A DNA stretch of 64,000 nucleotides from Oscillospiraceae bacterium (lineage in GTDB: Bacteria > Bacillota > Clostridia > Oscillospirales > Oscillospiraceae), in assembly GCA_902789745.1 (NCBI GenBank), contig CADAPH010000004.1:314-64313 (forward strand), in the 5' to 3' direction. A program made the translations under genes and the position numbers. Below the pieces are notes generated by a model. The model worked only from the letters and a program-made list of their open reading frames with translations, searched no databases and was not told the DNA's origin. This document shows, one piece after another, positions 53,727-63,983 of this stretch; the stretch's first letter is position 1, and each line of letters begins with the position of its first letter.

Positions 53727-54992
53727 TCAGAGCATCTGGAGGATATCACGATAAAAGTCCCGATAAAGCTGTTGGGCATTGGCTTTCTCGTTCCAGATAC
53801 GAACAGAAGCAGCACACATTTTCTGATAATCCCCTTCTGAAAGAGCAATCATCTTCATGCATGCTGCCGCAATGCTTTGAACGGGATCGGAAGTCCGGAC
53901 AACATAGCCGTTCTCACCATGAAGAACGATTTCCTTTGTTCCTCCGGCATCCGTTGCAATGACCGGAACGCCGAATGACATGGCTTCCATGATGGCAACC
54001 GGGACGCCCTCAGAGTCGGACAGATTCACAAAACAGGAAACAGTATGGTTCCGGTACCAGTCAAACAGTCGAGCGTTTTCTATGCGTCCCTCGAAGGAGC
54101 AGGTCTCCGGCTTTAATCTTTTCTTTGCATATTGTTCGGTGGCCGCCAAACCGTCGCCGTCCCCCAGATGGAACCATTTGACCCGATAGCCCTGCTGTTC
54201 CAGGATCGCAAGGGTATCGACGATCTTATCAAGACGTTTTACCGCTCTGACAGCCGAGCAGGACACCAGTGTGAAAACCGGAGTCCTGCCGCAGGATACC
54301 GCACCGTGCGCCAAGGTCCCCAAACGACCCACTGCGATCTTTCCGGCATAGGGCTTGTAGAGATCTCTCAAAAACGCCGCCCCATCCTCAGAACAGGCAA
54401 ACACTCTGTTGATCGCGTTGAGCATATACTCTCTGTCCGGGATATATCCACAGGGAGCGGCATAATCATACAGATCATACCTGTGTCCGCGGGAAAGGAA
54501 CAAAACCTGATTCTTAAAAAAGCGCTGCTTCAGTCGGGCAGCCACACTTGCAGTAACATGCAGCCAATAACTGTATAATACCGTATCCGAAGCGGGATAG
54601 CGCTCCGTGAGGGCCAGATACTGCTCGTTCTGCACGATCGCGGAATACACGGCCTCTACTCTGCAGTAGTAGTATAAAGAATACGCCCTTTGCTTGAGAT
54701 TCAGGCACTTTTTCATTTCCGTGCGCATATTGCCGGATTTTATCGTGACGGGCAGCTTCGTCCCGACCATTTTTATCCTGCCCGGCACGGAATAGTCAAG
54801 CGCAAGAGGCGCCACAACAACGTTTTCAGGGACCCTGCGGGTCATGGACATTTGCTTTGTTGCCATAGTCGGTATGATGAGGATCTTGTCGAAGTGCAGG
54901 GAGGCCTCATCGATTTCATTCTCGATATATTCTTCACCCTTGAAGAAAGGGAAATAGTTCGTCAGCAAGATCATCAAGCCCTTTGCGCTCAT
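53727..54992 (-). CDS. GT4-family (GT-B) glycosyltransferase
   Basis: 'SEGVPVAIMEAMSFGVPVIATDAGGTKEIV'. Confidence 0.8.
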   Translation of the reverse strand: MSAKGLMILLTNYFPFFKGEEYIENEIDEASLHFDKILIIPTMATKQMSMTRRVPENVVVAPLALDYSVPGRIKMVGTKLPVTIKSGNMRTEMKKCLNLKQRAYSLYYYCRVEAVYSAIVQNEQYLALTERYPASDTVLYSYWLHVTASVAARLKQRFFKNQVLFLSRGHRYDLYDYAAPCGYIPDREYMLNAINRVFACSEDGAAFLRDLYKPYAGKIAVGRLGTLAHGAVSCGRTPVFTLVSCSAVRAVKRLDKIVDTLAILEQQGYRVKWFHLGDGDGLAATEQYAKKRLKPETCSFEGRIENARLFDWYRNHTVSCFVNLSDSEGVPVAIMEAMSFGVPVIATDAGGTKEIVLHGENGYVVRTSDPVQSIAAACMKMIALSEGDYQKMCAASVRIWNEKANAQQLYRDFYRDILQML

Positions 54993-55049
54993 CCTGCATC
55001 CTCTCCTTCTGCTCTTCCATCCGTCTTGCCCGGATTTCGTTCATTATCG

Positions 55050-55640
55050 TCAGGAACGATAGATATTCTTTCTCAGTAAAACGCTCTTTACCGTATAGTA
55101 GATGATCTTGAGATCCAGCACAAACGAGACATTTTCGGCATAGAAGACATCATTTTGATAGCGTTCTTCCAAAGTTGCGCTGTTTCTCTTCAAAGCCTGG
55201 TTATATCCCGTTATCCCGGGTCTGACAGAGAACTTTTTTTTGACAAAATCAGTGTAGGTAGCTTCGTTGCCCATAGGGCTGGGCCTGGGTCCAATGAAGC
55301 TCATATCCCCCCGCAGCACATTAAAAAACTGCGGAAGCTCGTCCAGACTCGTCTTTCTCAGGATCTTTCCTATTCTCGTCTGCCTGCCGTCATTTTCCGC
55401 GTTGTAGGTCGTACCGTCCGGATTCCGGATATCCTCCGCATCCATCTTCATGCTTCTGAATTTCAGCATGTTAAACTTTTTCATGTTCCGGCCATATCTC
55501 GGCCCTTTGTAAAAAACGCTGCCTCCATCTTCCGCTTTGATCGCTGCCGCAACAGGGATCCCAACCAAAAAGACGAACGGCATGGCAAAGATCGAGACCA
55601 GGATATCCAGTATTCTCTTTACGTATTTTCTGTATATCAT
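55050..55640 (-). CDS. Small monotopic phosphoglycosyl (priming) sugar transferase, PglC/WbaP-C-terminal type
   Basis: 196 aa. 'KRILDILVS', 'KFRSM', 'DELPQFFNVLRGDMSFIGPRP'. Confidence 0.9.
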   Translation of the reverse strand: MIYRKYVKRILDILVSIFAMPFVFLVGIPVAAAIKAEDGGSVFYKGPRYGRNMKKFNMLKFRSMKMDAEDIRNPDGTTYNAENDGRQTRIGKILRKTSLDELPQFFNVLRGDMSFIGPRPSPMGNEATYTDFVKKKFSVRPGITGYNQALKRNSATLEERYQNDVFYAENVSFVLDLKIIYYTVKSVLLRKNIYRS

Positions 55641-55712
55641 CCGCGTACCATATCTCCTTTTCCGCTGCCCTTCTGCCCTGGCCGGAGAAAAGATCCTGCA
55701 AGGGAGAGCAGA

Positions 55713-56594
55713 TCACACGCAATGCTGGGAAAGCATATCCGATTCGATCTCCTTCGCGGCCTCACGCAATGAATACGAAGGAGCAAAGCCCAACAGTTTG
55801 CTTGCCCGCAGGCTTGTCATATACGAAGACGCTATCGTTTCAGATTCGGTCCCGACGGAAACTGTGTTTTCCGGACTCATAACAGCGCAGATGGTATTTG
55901 CTATTTCCTCATTCGTCAGGGCTTCCCCGCTGCCGATGTTGAAGGTTCCCGAGAGCTCCGGGTGTTCCAGCGCGAGACGTACAGCCTTCGCCGCGTCCTT
56001 CGTGTACATCATCTCCCGTCTGGCGATCCCCTTTCCGTTCACATGCAGCTGCTCATGGGCGAAAGCCTGCCGGAAGAACAAATTGATCATATAGTTGTTT
56101 TTCTCGTTTGCGCCGTACAAATGGGCAAGCCGCAGGTTCTTGATATGCATGCCCTTTGTAAGGTTATACATCTCCCCCAGGTTCTCGCAAATCAGCTTGT
56201 ACAGTCCATACATGTTTTTCGGAGCGGGTTTTGTATCCTCGCTGTATGGGAGCTCGCAGCCGGAATACACCGAGATCGACGAGCTCAGCACAATGTTGCG
56301 GCATCCGGTCAGGAAAGCGGCTTCATACAGATTGTTCGTCAGCTCCATAAAGCCGTAATAAGGCGTCAGGGAATCCGCAACTCTCCTGGTCGAGGCAAGA
56401 TGAGCGATTCCCTCAACGCCTTTGCCGAAGATTTCCTTCAAAGAGTCGATCGTGTAATCGGTAACGGTATACGGGATGCCGAAACGTTCCCCGGTGTTTC
56501 GGCTCAGCAGGACAAGCTCATGATGATGATTCAGCAGTTCCCCGATCAGGTAGCCAGCCAAAAAGCCGTTTGCACCGGTTATCGCAATTTTCAA
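55713..56594 (-). CDS. NAD-dependent epimerase/dehydratase family protein
   Basis: 'KIAITGANGFLAGYL'. The TTG at 56594, 7 nt after GGAGGA, is preferred over the GTG at 56615. Confidence 0.8.
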   Translation of the reverse strand: MKIAITGANGFLAGYLIGELLNHHHELVLLSRNTGERFGIPYTVTDYTIDSLKEIFGKGVEGIAHLASTRRVADSLTPYYGFMELTNNLYEAAFLTGCRNIVLSSSISVYSGCELPYSEDTKPAPKNMYGLYKLICENLGEMYNLTKGMHIKNLRLAHLYGANEKNNYMINLFFRQAFAHEQLHVNGKGIARREMMYTKDAAKAVRLALEHPELSGTFNIGSGEALTNEEIANTICAVMSPENTVSVGTESETIASSYMTSLRASKLLGFAPSYSLREAAKEIESDMLSQHCV

Positions 56595-56611
56595 TGTACC
56601 GTCCTCCAGCC

Positions 56612-57712
56612 TCACATGGCCCTGATGTAGTATCCGATCTTATCGTAACGCCCGTTAACAGGTCGGATCAATTCCCCTGTTTCATAATAGTAAAAATGAT
56701 ACAGTGCATCATCAGGCAGCGTCAGGCTCGCTCTGTCCATAACTGTTTTCGGTTTTTGACACCAGAAAACCAGCTCCATTTGCCGAACGCTCCCATCCCA
56801 GGCATCCAGCTCCGACACGTCGTTAAACAGCAGATGCCGGAAAGTCAGGCGCATAAGGTTGACCCCTGTCGCCATCTCCAGGATCCTCCACATATGGCAG
56901 CCATCAAGGCGGGGCGTCATCTCAATGATATAGGGCTTATCTTCCGATATTTTCATCTGAAAATACACAGGTCCGTTCAGGATCCCTACACGGTTGCAGG
57001 CATCCTCCATGACGCGCTTGATTTGCTGCTCGGTCTCCCTGCTGAATTCTCTGCCGGGAACGATATGTCTGTGAATCAGGCCCGTATACTCCGGCCAGGT
57101 GTCACGATCCGATGCGACCACGAAACGCAGAACGCCATTCACCATATAGCCGTTGACGGAGACCTCCGGTCCGTCGATGTACTGTTCCACGATCACCTTT
57201 CCCTCTCGGGAGAACTGTCTGGCCTGTTCAAAATGGCTTTCGAACTCTTCCTGGGAATGCAGCAGAAAGATGCCTCTCTGTCCCTGAGCGTCGGATGGTT
57301 TCAGGATCGCCGGGAAGCCGACCGTGATCGCTTCGATCCTGTCCAGAACCTGATATGGGATATTCCCCTCGCAGGCTGCCGTCAGGGTAGCCCTCATAGC
57401 ATTTTTGTGGTTGCAGATATAGGCCGCTTGAGACGCAACAAAATGAGGCAGGCCCAGACGTTCACTGATCTGGCACGCTACAGGCATTGCAATATCGGAA
57501 CCTGTCGAATAAACCGCATCGATCTGATTGTCCAGGATAAACTGCACGATCGATTCCACATCCAGAATGTTGATCACTTCAAAATGATCCGCTTCGGAGG
57601 CAGCAGGACCGTCCTTGGCCATCGCGATCGCATAGGTCTCGCAGCCCATTTTTTTCAGTTCCAGAACAGCATCCAGCTGTACCGATGCAACGCCCAGGAT
57701 CAAAACCTTCAT
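56612..57712 (-). CDS. ATP-grasp domain ligase
   Basis: 'FPAILKPSDAQGQRGI', 'VIVEQYIDGPEVSVNG', 'YIIEMTPRLDG'. Confidence 0.75.
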   Translation of the reverse strand: MKVLILGVASVQLDAVLELKKMGCETYAIAMAKDGPAASEADHFEVINILDVESIVQFILDNQIDAVYSTGSDIAMPVACQISERLGLPHFVASQAAYICNHKNAMRATLTAACEGNIPYQVLDRIEAITVGFPAILKPSDAQGQRGIFLLHSQEEFESHFEQARQFSREGKVIVEQYIDGPEVSVNGYMVNGVLRFVVASDRDTWPEYTGLIHRHIVPGREFSRETEQQIKRVMEDACNRVGILNGPVYFQMKISEDKPYIIEMTPRLDGCHMWRILEMATGVNLMRLTFRHLLFNDVSELDAWDGSVRQMELVFWCQKPKTVMDRASLTLPDDALYHFYYYETGELIRPVNGRYDKIGYYIRAM

Positions 57713-57843
57713 TTTCAGTCGCTTTCCTCCACCAAAACAGATTCCTGTATGGCTTCCGACGCATTCTCTCAGAAGCCGGATAAAGAACGGTCGCCCGGAA
57801 GAGATCCGCAGTCGGACCGCAGTTCCGTGGTCGAGCGCTCTTT

Positions 57844-59163
57844 TTACTTTGACATCGCTCGGATCGTTTCCTTCAGCTTCTCACATACATATGTCACATC
57901 ATCGTCGCTCAAGAGCGTGTGAAGCGGCAAGGAAACAAGGTTTTTGTAATAATCATAGGCATGCGGGTACTCTGAGCAATCATGCCCATAAGCCGTCATC
58001 ATCGGCAAGGGCTTGAAATGAACATTTGTCGCAATGCCTTCTTCGGCCAGTCTCTGGATCAGTTCGTTTCTATCGGCCTCAGAAAAACCGGGAACCCGAA
58101 TCAAATACAGATGATTGGAACTGTACATATCGTGTGTACGATGCGTCAGGTGCATGATGCCCAGTTCGTCGCACACAGCGTCATAGCGCCTGATGATCTC
58201 TTGTCTGCGTTCCAGAAGGCCGAGATAACGGTCAAGCTGCTTCAAACCCACGGCAGCCAGAATATCCGTCATATTGCATTTATACCAAGGGCCGATGATG
58301 TCATATTCCCATGAGCCGAGCTTGGTCTTTGCCAGGGCGTCCTTGTCCTGTCCATGGAGAGAGAGGAGCTGATACATACGGTAGATTTCCGCATCGTCAA
58401 CTCCGGGAATCGGAAGCCACGTGGAAGCGCCGCCCTCGGCCGTCGTGAAATTCTTTACGGCATGGAAACTGAAATCCGTAAAGTCCGCGATCGCGCCGCA
58501 ATACTTTCTCTCTCCCCGATACACGCGGCTTGCGCCGAGGCTATGGGCAGCATCCGAAAACACCGCGACTCTCCCGATCGCTTTCTGGATACGGGAAGAC
58601 AGATCGCCAAGTACGGTTCCGTCGCTTTCCTTCGGAACAAAAAGATCCTTCTTCCGCTCAACGATCTCAAAGATGCGGTCATAATCGCATACGATGCCGC
58701 CGAGATCCACCGCAACGATCACTTTTGTCCTCGGGGTAATGGCGGCCTCCAGTTTCTCGTAATCCATCTCCGGCATATGTGTTGCCGGATCTCCATCCTT
58801 TTGGATATCGATGAATCTGACCGCAGCGCCGCAATGGATCGCCGCAGAAGCGGACGAGGTATAGGTATAGGCGGTTACCAGGACTTCATCGCCCGGGCCT
58901 ACTCCAAAAATCCGAAGATTCAATTCCTCGGCGGCGGTAGCGGAGTTCAGGCACGCAACTCTGTTGCTGTAGCGCTCCACATTTTCCGCCGAAGTGCAGT
59001 CGATATCCGTCCTGCCCGTTTCGATATATGCTGCCAAACGACGTTCCAGCAGCTTTGTCCTCGGGCCGGTGGTGATCCAGCCGGAACGCAGTGCTTCGCC
59101 GATTTCAGCGAGCTCAAGTTCGCCGATATCAGGCGGGCTGAAACGGATCATTCTCTTTTCCAT
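57844..59163 (-). CDS. DegT/DnrJ/EryC1/StrS-family PLP sugar aminotransferase
   Basis: 'FSPPDIGE', 'SGWITTGP', 'FSFHAVKNFTTAEGG' (PLP lysine). Start Met chosen 8 nt after gagagga. Confidence 0.9.
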   Translation of the reverse strand: MEKRMIRFSPPDIGELELAEIGEALRSGWITTGPRTKLLERRLAAYIETGRTDIDCTSAENVERYSNRVACLNSATAAEELNLRIFGVGPGDEVLVTAYTYTSSASAAIHCGAAVRFIDIQKDGDPATHMPEMDYEKLEAAITPRTKVIVAVDLGGIVCDYDRIFEIVERKKDLFVPKESDGTVLGDLSSRIQKAIGRVAVFSDAAHSLGASRVYRGERKYCGAIADFTDFSFHAVKNFTTAEGGASTWLPIPGVDDAEIYRMYQLLSLHGQDKDALAKTKLGSWEYDIIGPWYKCNMTDILAAVGLKQLDRYLGLLERRQEIIRRYDAVCDELGIMHLTHRTHDMYSSNHLYLIRVPGFSEADRNELIQRLAEEGIATNVHFKPLPMMTAYGHDCSEYPHAYDYYKNLVSLPLHTLLSDDDVTYVCEKLKETIRAMSK

Positions 59164-59292
59164 TTGATTCATCCTCTCTGAAATGCCAGTTCCCATGAAG
59201 GAAGTGACATGAAAGACTACTTTTGGCAAAGCATATGTGCTTGCCCATTCTCTTCCGGATCCTCATTCCGAAATCATTCAAACTGTTTTGCC

Positions 59293-60405
59293 TCAGCTTC
59301 GTTTGCTCTGTACGGATTTCAGTTCTTTCTGGATATGCCCCTTTGAAAGGCTGGATACGATCCGGTAAAGCGGAAGAACCGGAAGAAGGATCCGATGTTT
59401 CCAGAAAAACGGATACTTCCTCTTAAGCAGATCTTCCGGCAAAAAAAATCTTCTGAAGAAATACTTGATCCTTCCGAGCAAGCCGCCGCCCAGCTTCTGG
59501 ACGTCATTTTGAACGCGGTTGACATAGGTCCCGTGGACGCCGGAAGACAGAATATACCGGAGCATCTCCCTGTCGCTGTCTGACAAGCTGCCGGTGCCGA
59601 ACAGGCGCCGTGCCAGCATCCGGTTTTGGGTTTCAAAGTCCCCGAGCCCGAGTTTTTGCGTTTCCTGCTCAATATACGTCCAGTCCAGCGCTCCCTCGTA
59701 TCTTTGCAGAAGCACATAGGTATCCAGGATCGATCTCAGGCCGGTGCCGGCTTTTTGGTAATGCTCCCATTCATGGGAGAGCAGATAGAGGTAGAGATCT
59801 TCCGGGCGAAACTCCAGTTCAGAGCCTGTTTTGGGAAGCAGTCTCTCTCTGATGCTGCAGTAATAATCGTTCAGTCTGGCCTCATATCCCTCGCCGAACA
59901 GATCCACATGCATCTGCATGTTGGTGACCGGCTCTTTGAAATAGACATCGTGATGGCCGGCGCCATAGCTTTCTACTGTGTAACCGAGGCCCAGCATAAT
60001 ATCCCGGACCTGCTCTTCGAAGCCTTTGTCGAACAGGATATCGCAGTCCGCGCTCTCGCGCATACCAAATTGCGGATACCAGTCTTTGATCACGGAGCCT
60101 TTGAGGGGCACATACCAGATCCCGGCTTCGTTCAGCTTCTCGCAGACTGCGGAACGTTCGGTATCCAGGATCATGGTCTTCCAGTAGGCGCGCGAGATGG
60201 CTTTCGCAAAATCCTCCGAGCAAAGGCCGGCAGACTGAAGTGCGAGGCCGGTAATCGCAGCAAGCATATGCCGGGAAGCAAGTTTATACAGTTCATCAAG
60301 ATCTGTGTTTTTCAGCTTTTCCTTGTCAGCCGTCTCCTGATTTACCGCACACCTGCATAAATAAATCAGGCTTTCGGCGACAGGCGAAGCTATATTTTCG
60401 AGCAT
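59293..60405 (-). CDS. Uncharacterised nucleotidyltransferase family protein (NTP_transf_5-like)
   Basis: 370 aa. 'IWYVPLKGSVIKDWYP..GMRESADCDILF' resembles this family, which is common in capsule loci. Confidence 0.6.
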   Translation of the reverse strand: MLENIASPVAESLIYLCRCAVNQETADKEKLKNTDLDELYKLASRHMLAAITGLALQSAGLCSEDFAKAISRAYWKTMILDTERSAVCEKLNEAGIWYVPLKGSVIKDWYPQFGMRESADCDILFDKGFEEQVRDIMLGLGYTVESYGAGHHDVYFKEPVTNMQMHVDLFGEGYEARLNDYYCSIRERLLPKTGSELEFRPEDLYLYLLSHEWEHYQKAGTGLRSILDTYVLLQRYEGALDWTYIEQETQKLGLGDFETQNRMLARRLFGTGSLSDSDREMLRYILSSGVHGTYVNRVQNDVQKLGGGLLGRIKYFFRRFFLPEDLLKRKYPFFWKHRILLPVLPLYRIVSSLSKGHIQKELKSVQSKRS

Positions 60406-60490
60406 GATCAGATGCCCTCCTCATGCGATAGCTGCCTCTGTTTGTCCGGACGCTCCGAAACAGCGTTGGAAAGCGCGAACACCGCGCGCA

Positions 60491-62533
60491 TCAGTGCGCA
60501 AGAGCAGACTCTGCCGCCAGATGCTCATAAACAGGATTTTTGGCGTCGCACCCGTTCCTCCCGGCCGGGTGATAGGTGGAAACCATGCCCTCCACCGTCT
60601 CGCGGATGTCCTCCCGGTTGGCATAGGCCCGCTCCATCAGCGGCTCCAGTTGGGAGAGGAACTCGTCCGTATCAAAGGGGATGGGACTGCCGATGTGGAT
60701 CAGTTCATTGTCTGTCTTGCGAAGGCCCTCCTCCGCCATCAGCTTCTCCTCGTAGAGCTTTTCGCCGGGGCGAAGGCCGGTGTATTCGATCTTGATATCC
60801 ACGTCCGGCTTAAAACCGGAAAGGCGGATCAGGTTGCGGGCCAGGGTATCGATTTTAACAGGGCTGCCCATATCCAGCACAAAGATTTCCCCGCCCTTGG
60901 CATAGGTACCGGCCTGGAGCACCAGGCTCACCGCTTCGCTCACCGTCATGAAATAGCGGATGATGTCCGGATGGGTCACCGTCACGGGACCGCCCTTGGC
61001 GATCTGCCGCTTGAAAACGGGAACGACCGAGCCGTTGCTGCCCAGCACATTGCCAAAACGGACCGCCACAAACTCCGTCCTGATCTCGTCCGCAGGCAGC
61101 TGAAGCTTGCTCACAGGATCACTGAACTCTCCGTTGTGGGTATAGAGCGTGGGCATGTCAAAGGGGCGTCCCTCCCGCACCTTTTTGTCAAAGGCCTGGA
61201 TGACCATTTCGCACAGGCGCTTGGAGGCGCCCATGATGTTGGTGGGGTTCACGGCCTTGTCGGTGCTGATGAGCACAAAGCGCTTGCAGCCGTGGGCCAT
61301 GGCGGCATAGGCGGTCTTGTATGTACCGATGACGTTGTTTTTGATGGCCTCGCAGGGGCTGTCCTCCATCAGCGGGACGTGCTTGTGGGCCGCGGCATGA
61401 TAGACCACATCGGGATGATACTCCGTGAAGATCTCATCCAGTCTCCGGCTGTCCCGCACGGAGCCGATCAGCGTGATCAGATCCAGATCCGGATACTTGT
61501 CCCGCAGCTCCAGCTGAATATCATAGGCATTGTTTTCATAGATATCCAGTATGATCAGCCGCCTGGGGTCGTGGGAGGCGATCTGCCGGCAGAGCTCGCT
61601 GCCAATGGAGCCGCCGCCGCCGGTGACCAGGATGGTCTTTCCCGCAAGATAGCGGAACACCTCCGTCATATCCGAACGGATGGGCTCCCGCCCCAGCAGG
61701 TCCTCAATGGCCACGTCCTTCATGGCGCCCACGGTAATGCTCCCCTTCACCATCTGGACGATGCCGGGCAGCGTCTTCATCTCGCAGCCGGTCTCCTTGC
61801 AGATATCCAGGATATCCCGCCTGGCCTCGGCGGAGGCAGAAGGGATGGCAAGATAGATCCGGTCGATCTTATACTTTTCGCAGTTGAGGAGAATATCCTC
61901 CCTGCCGCCCACCACGGGGACTCCGTCCACATAACGGTTCCACTTGTTGGGATTGTCGTCGATAATGCAGCAGACCCGGTCCTGACTGTCCCTGGATTTC
62001 ATCAGATCCCGCAGGATCAGCTGTCCGGCCTCGCCGGCGCCGATGAGCATGACCCGATGAGCTGCCCGCTCTTTCTTTTCACGGGCACTGCGCAGCAGCA
62101 GCACGAAGCGATAGGCAAAACGGATGCCCACCACCAGCATCGTCTGCAAAACGATGCCCATGGCATAATAGGAGATGGGCATGCGGTACACCAGCAGGGT
62201 GATCCCCAGAATGTGGACAAGTCCGGCGACAGCATTGGCGGCGATGATGCGCTCCAGCTCATTGAAGCTTGCGAAGCGCCAAATGCTCTGATACAGCTTG
62301 AAGCCCCAGAAGAGCACCAGACAAAAAGCGGTATAAAACGGGATGAAGCGCTGCCAGGCGCTGTAATACTCCTGGGGGATGAGGGTGAAGCGGCAGTCAA
62401 AGCGAAGCCAAAGCGCGATCAGAAACGAGACGCTGACACTGATCGCGTCGTACAGCAGCAGAAAAGCGGAAACGATCTGCCAATGGGCGATCAGCGGTTT
62501 ATGAAGGAAGCTTTCCGGGATTTTTTTATCCAT
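60491..62533 (-). CDS. capD: Membrane-anchored CapD/PglF/WbpM-type UDP-HexNAc 4,6-dehydratase
   Basis: 680 aa. N-terminal TMs, 'VMLIGAGEAG', 'ILVTGGGGSIGSELCRQI', 'GASKRLCE'. Confidence 0.9.
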   Translation of the reverse strand: MDKKIPESFLHKPLIAHWQIVSAFLLLYDAISVSVSFLIALWLRFDCRFTLIPQEYYSAWQRFIPFYTAFCLVLFWGFKLYQSIWRFASFNELERIIAANAVAGLVHILGITLLVYRMPISYYAMGIVLQTMLVVGIRFAYRFVLLLRSAREKKERAAHRVMLIGAGEAGQLILRDLMKSRDSQDRVCCIIDDNPNKWNRYVDGVPVVGGREDILLNCEKYKIDRIYLAIPSASAEARRDILDICKETGCEMKTLPGIVQMVKGSITVGAMKDVAIEDLLGREPIRSDMTEVFRYLAGKTILVTGGGGSIGSELCRQIASHDPRRLIILDIYENNAYDIQLELRDKYPDLDLITLIGSVRDSRRLDEIFTEYHPDVVYHAAAHKHVPLMEDSPCEAIKNNVIGTYKTAYAAMAHGCKRFVLISTDKAVNPTNIMGASKRLCEMVIQAFDKKVREGRPFDMPTLYTHNGEFSDPVSKLQLPADEIRTEFVAVRFGNVLGSNGSVVPVFKRQIAKGGPVTVTHPDIIRYFMTVSEAVSLVLQAGTYAKGGEIFVLDMGSPVKIDTLARNLIRLSGFKPDVDIKIEYTGLRPGEKLYEEKLMAEEGLRKTDNELIHIGSPIPFDTDEFLSQLEPLMERAYANREDIRETVEGMVSTYHPAGRNGCDAKNPVYEHLAAESALAH

Positions 62534-62795
62534 GAAATCCTCTCCGGTTATGAAATTTCAATCTCGTATATTTTACCACAGGAAAGCTTGGATTTCAACC
62601 TGTGACGCTTGGAATCGGGCTGATAATTTCATCCATTCTTTCAGCAGTTTTCCAGTTGTTTTTTGTGGATTCGACCGGTTTTCTGCTCTTTCTTTCCGCT
62701 TCGCTTTGCTCTGGCCGAAGCGCATCCCGCCGGGCTTCTTTGCGCAGCCGCCGAAAAGAGGAAGCCTCGCGCTGGAAGCTCTCTCCCTTTCGCGC

Positions 62796-62824
62796 TGGAC
62801 AAAAGCCGCGTTTTGTGCCATAAT
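62796..62824 (+). promoter_or_regulatory. Putative promoter of the DUF4317 gene
   Basis: TGGACA, 17 nt, CATAAT with an upstream TG, 35 nt before the ATG at 62859. Confidence 0.35.
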
Positions 62825-62858
62825 GCCCCATGCAATTTTGGGAAAGGATTTTAAACAT

Positions 62859-63983
62859 ATGAATCAAAAGGAGCTGCGGGAGATCCGACGCCGCATCCGG
62901 CCCGAGCACAACAGCATCACCCATCTCTACGGCTGCTATGTGAACGGATCCGGCGAGATCATCTCCACCCTGAACGAATCTCTCGGTCTGCTGACGGCCG
63001 AGGAACAGGAAAAATACCTTGCGCTGCTGAAGAAAAGCCTTTCCGGCGCGCTGGGGAAAAACCTGCTGGACATTGCCTTTGCCACCAAGCAGGTGCTGGA
63101 CAGCGACGAGCACCGGCTGCTCTCCGCCCTGCGCAAAAGCGAGGGGCAGGACCCCGCCCTGCTGGACCAGTTCTATCACGCGATCATTGAGCATCTGGAC
63201 ATGGACGGCGGGAATTACCTGATCCTGCTGGCCTTTGACAGCTACGACGTGCCCCACTACGGCAAGGACGGCAGCATCGGCGACGCCGGCGAGGTGTATA
63301 AATATATGCTCTGCGCCGTATGTCCCGTAGAGGGCGGAAAAAGCGAGCTGGGCTACACACCGGAGGACAAGCGCTTCCACAGCGCGACGGCAGGCCAGGT
63401 GGTCTCCGCCCCGGAGCTGGGTTTCCTCTTCCCCGCCTTTGACGATCGGGCCACGAACCTCTATAACGCGCTGTTCTATTCCCGGGACTGCAAGGCGGAC
63501 CACGCGGACTTCATCGACGCGGTGTTCCGCACCGAGGTCCCCATGCCGGCCCAACGCCAGCGGGAGAGCTTTGACGGGCTGCTTTCGGACGTGCTGGAAC
63601 AGGACTGCCGTTTCGATCTGGTCCAGTCCGTGCACGAGCAGCTCTCCGACCGGATCACCCTGCACAAGGAGAGCAAGGATCCGGAACCGCTGACCGTCAC
63701 GGTAAAGGAGATGGGCGACATTCTGGAAAACAGCGGCGCCACCGCAGAGGAACGGCAGCGCTTTGAGCAGCGCTGCGAAGAGACCTTCGGCAAGGATGCG
63801 GACCTGCGGCCCGCCAACCTCTCCGATCCCAGGCGCATGGAGATCCAGACCCCGGAGGTGAAGATCCAGGTCTCTCCGGAGCACAGCATGCTGGTCCAGG
63901 CCAGGATTCTGGACGGGAAAAAGGTGATCGTCATCGACGCTTCCAACGGTGTGGAGCTCAACGGCGTACCGGTGAAGATATGA
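62859..63983 (+). CDS. DUF4317-family protein
   Basis: Start 'MNQKELREIRRRIRPEHNSITHLYGCYVN' matches the conserved DUF4317 N-terminus. The track extension from 62532 lies over the capD promoter region. Confidence 0.7.
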   Translation: MNQKELREIRRRIRPEHNSITHLYGCYVNGSGEIISTLNESLGLLTAEEQEKYLALLKKSLSGALGKNLLDIAFATKQVLDSDEHRLLSALRKSEGQDPALLDQFYHAIIEHLDMDGGNYLILLAFDSYDVPHYGKDGSIGDAGEVYKYMLCAVCPVEGGKSELGYTPEDKRFHSATAGQVVSAPELGFLFPAFDDRATNLYNALFYSRDCKADHADFIDAVFRTEVPMPAQRQRESFDGLLSDVLEQDCRFDLVQSVHEQLSDRITLHKESKDPEPLTVTVKEMGDILENSGATAEERQRFEQRCEETFGKDADLRPANLSDPRRMEIQTPEVKIQVSPEHSMLVQARILDGKKVIVIDASNGVELNGVPVKI

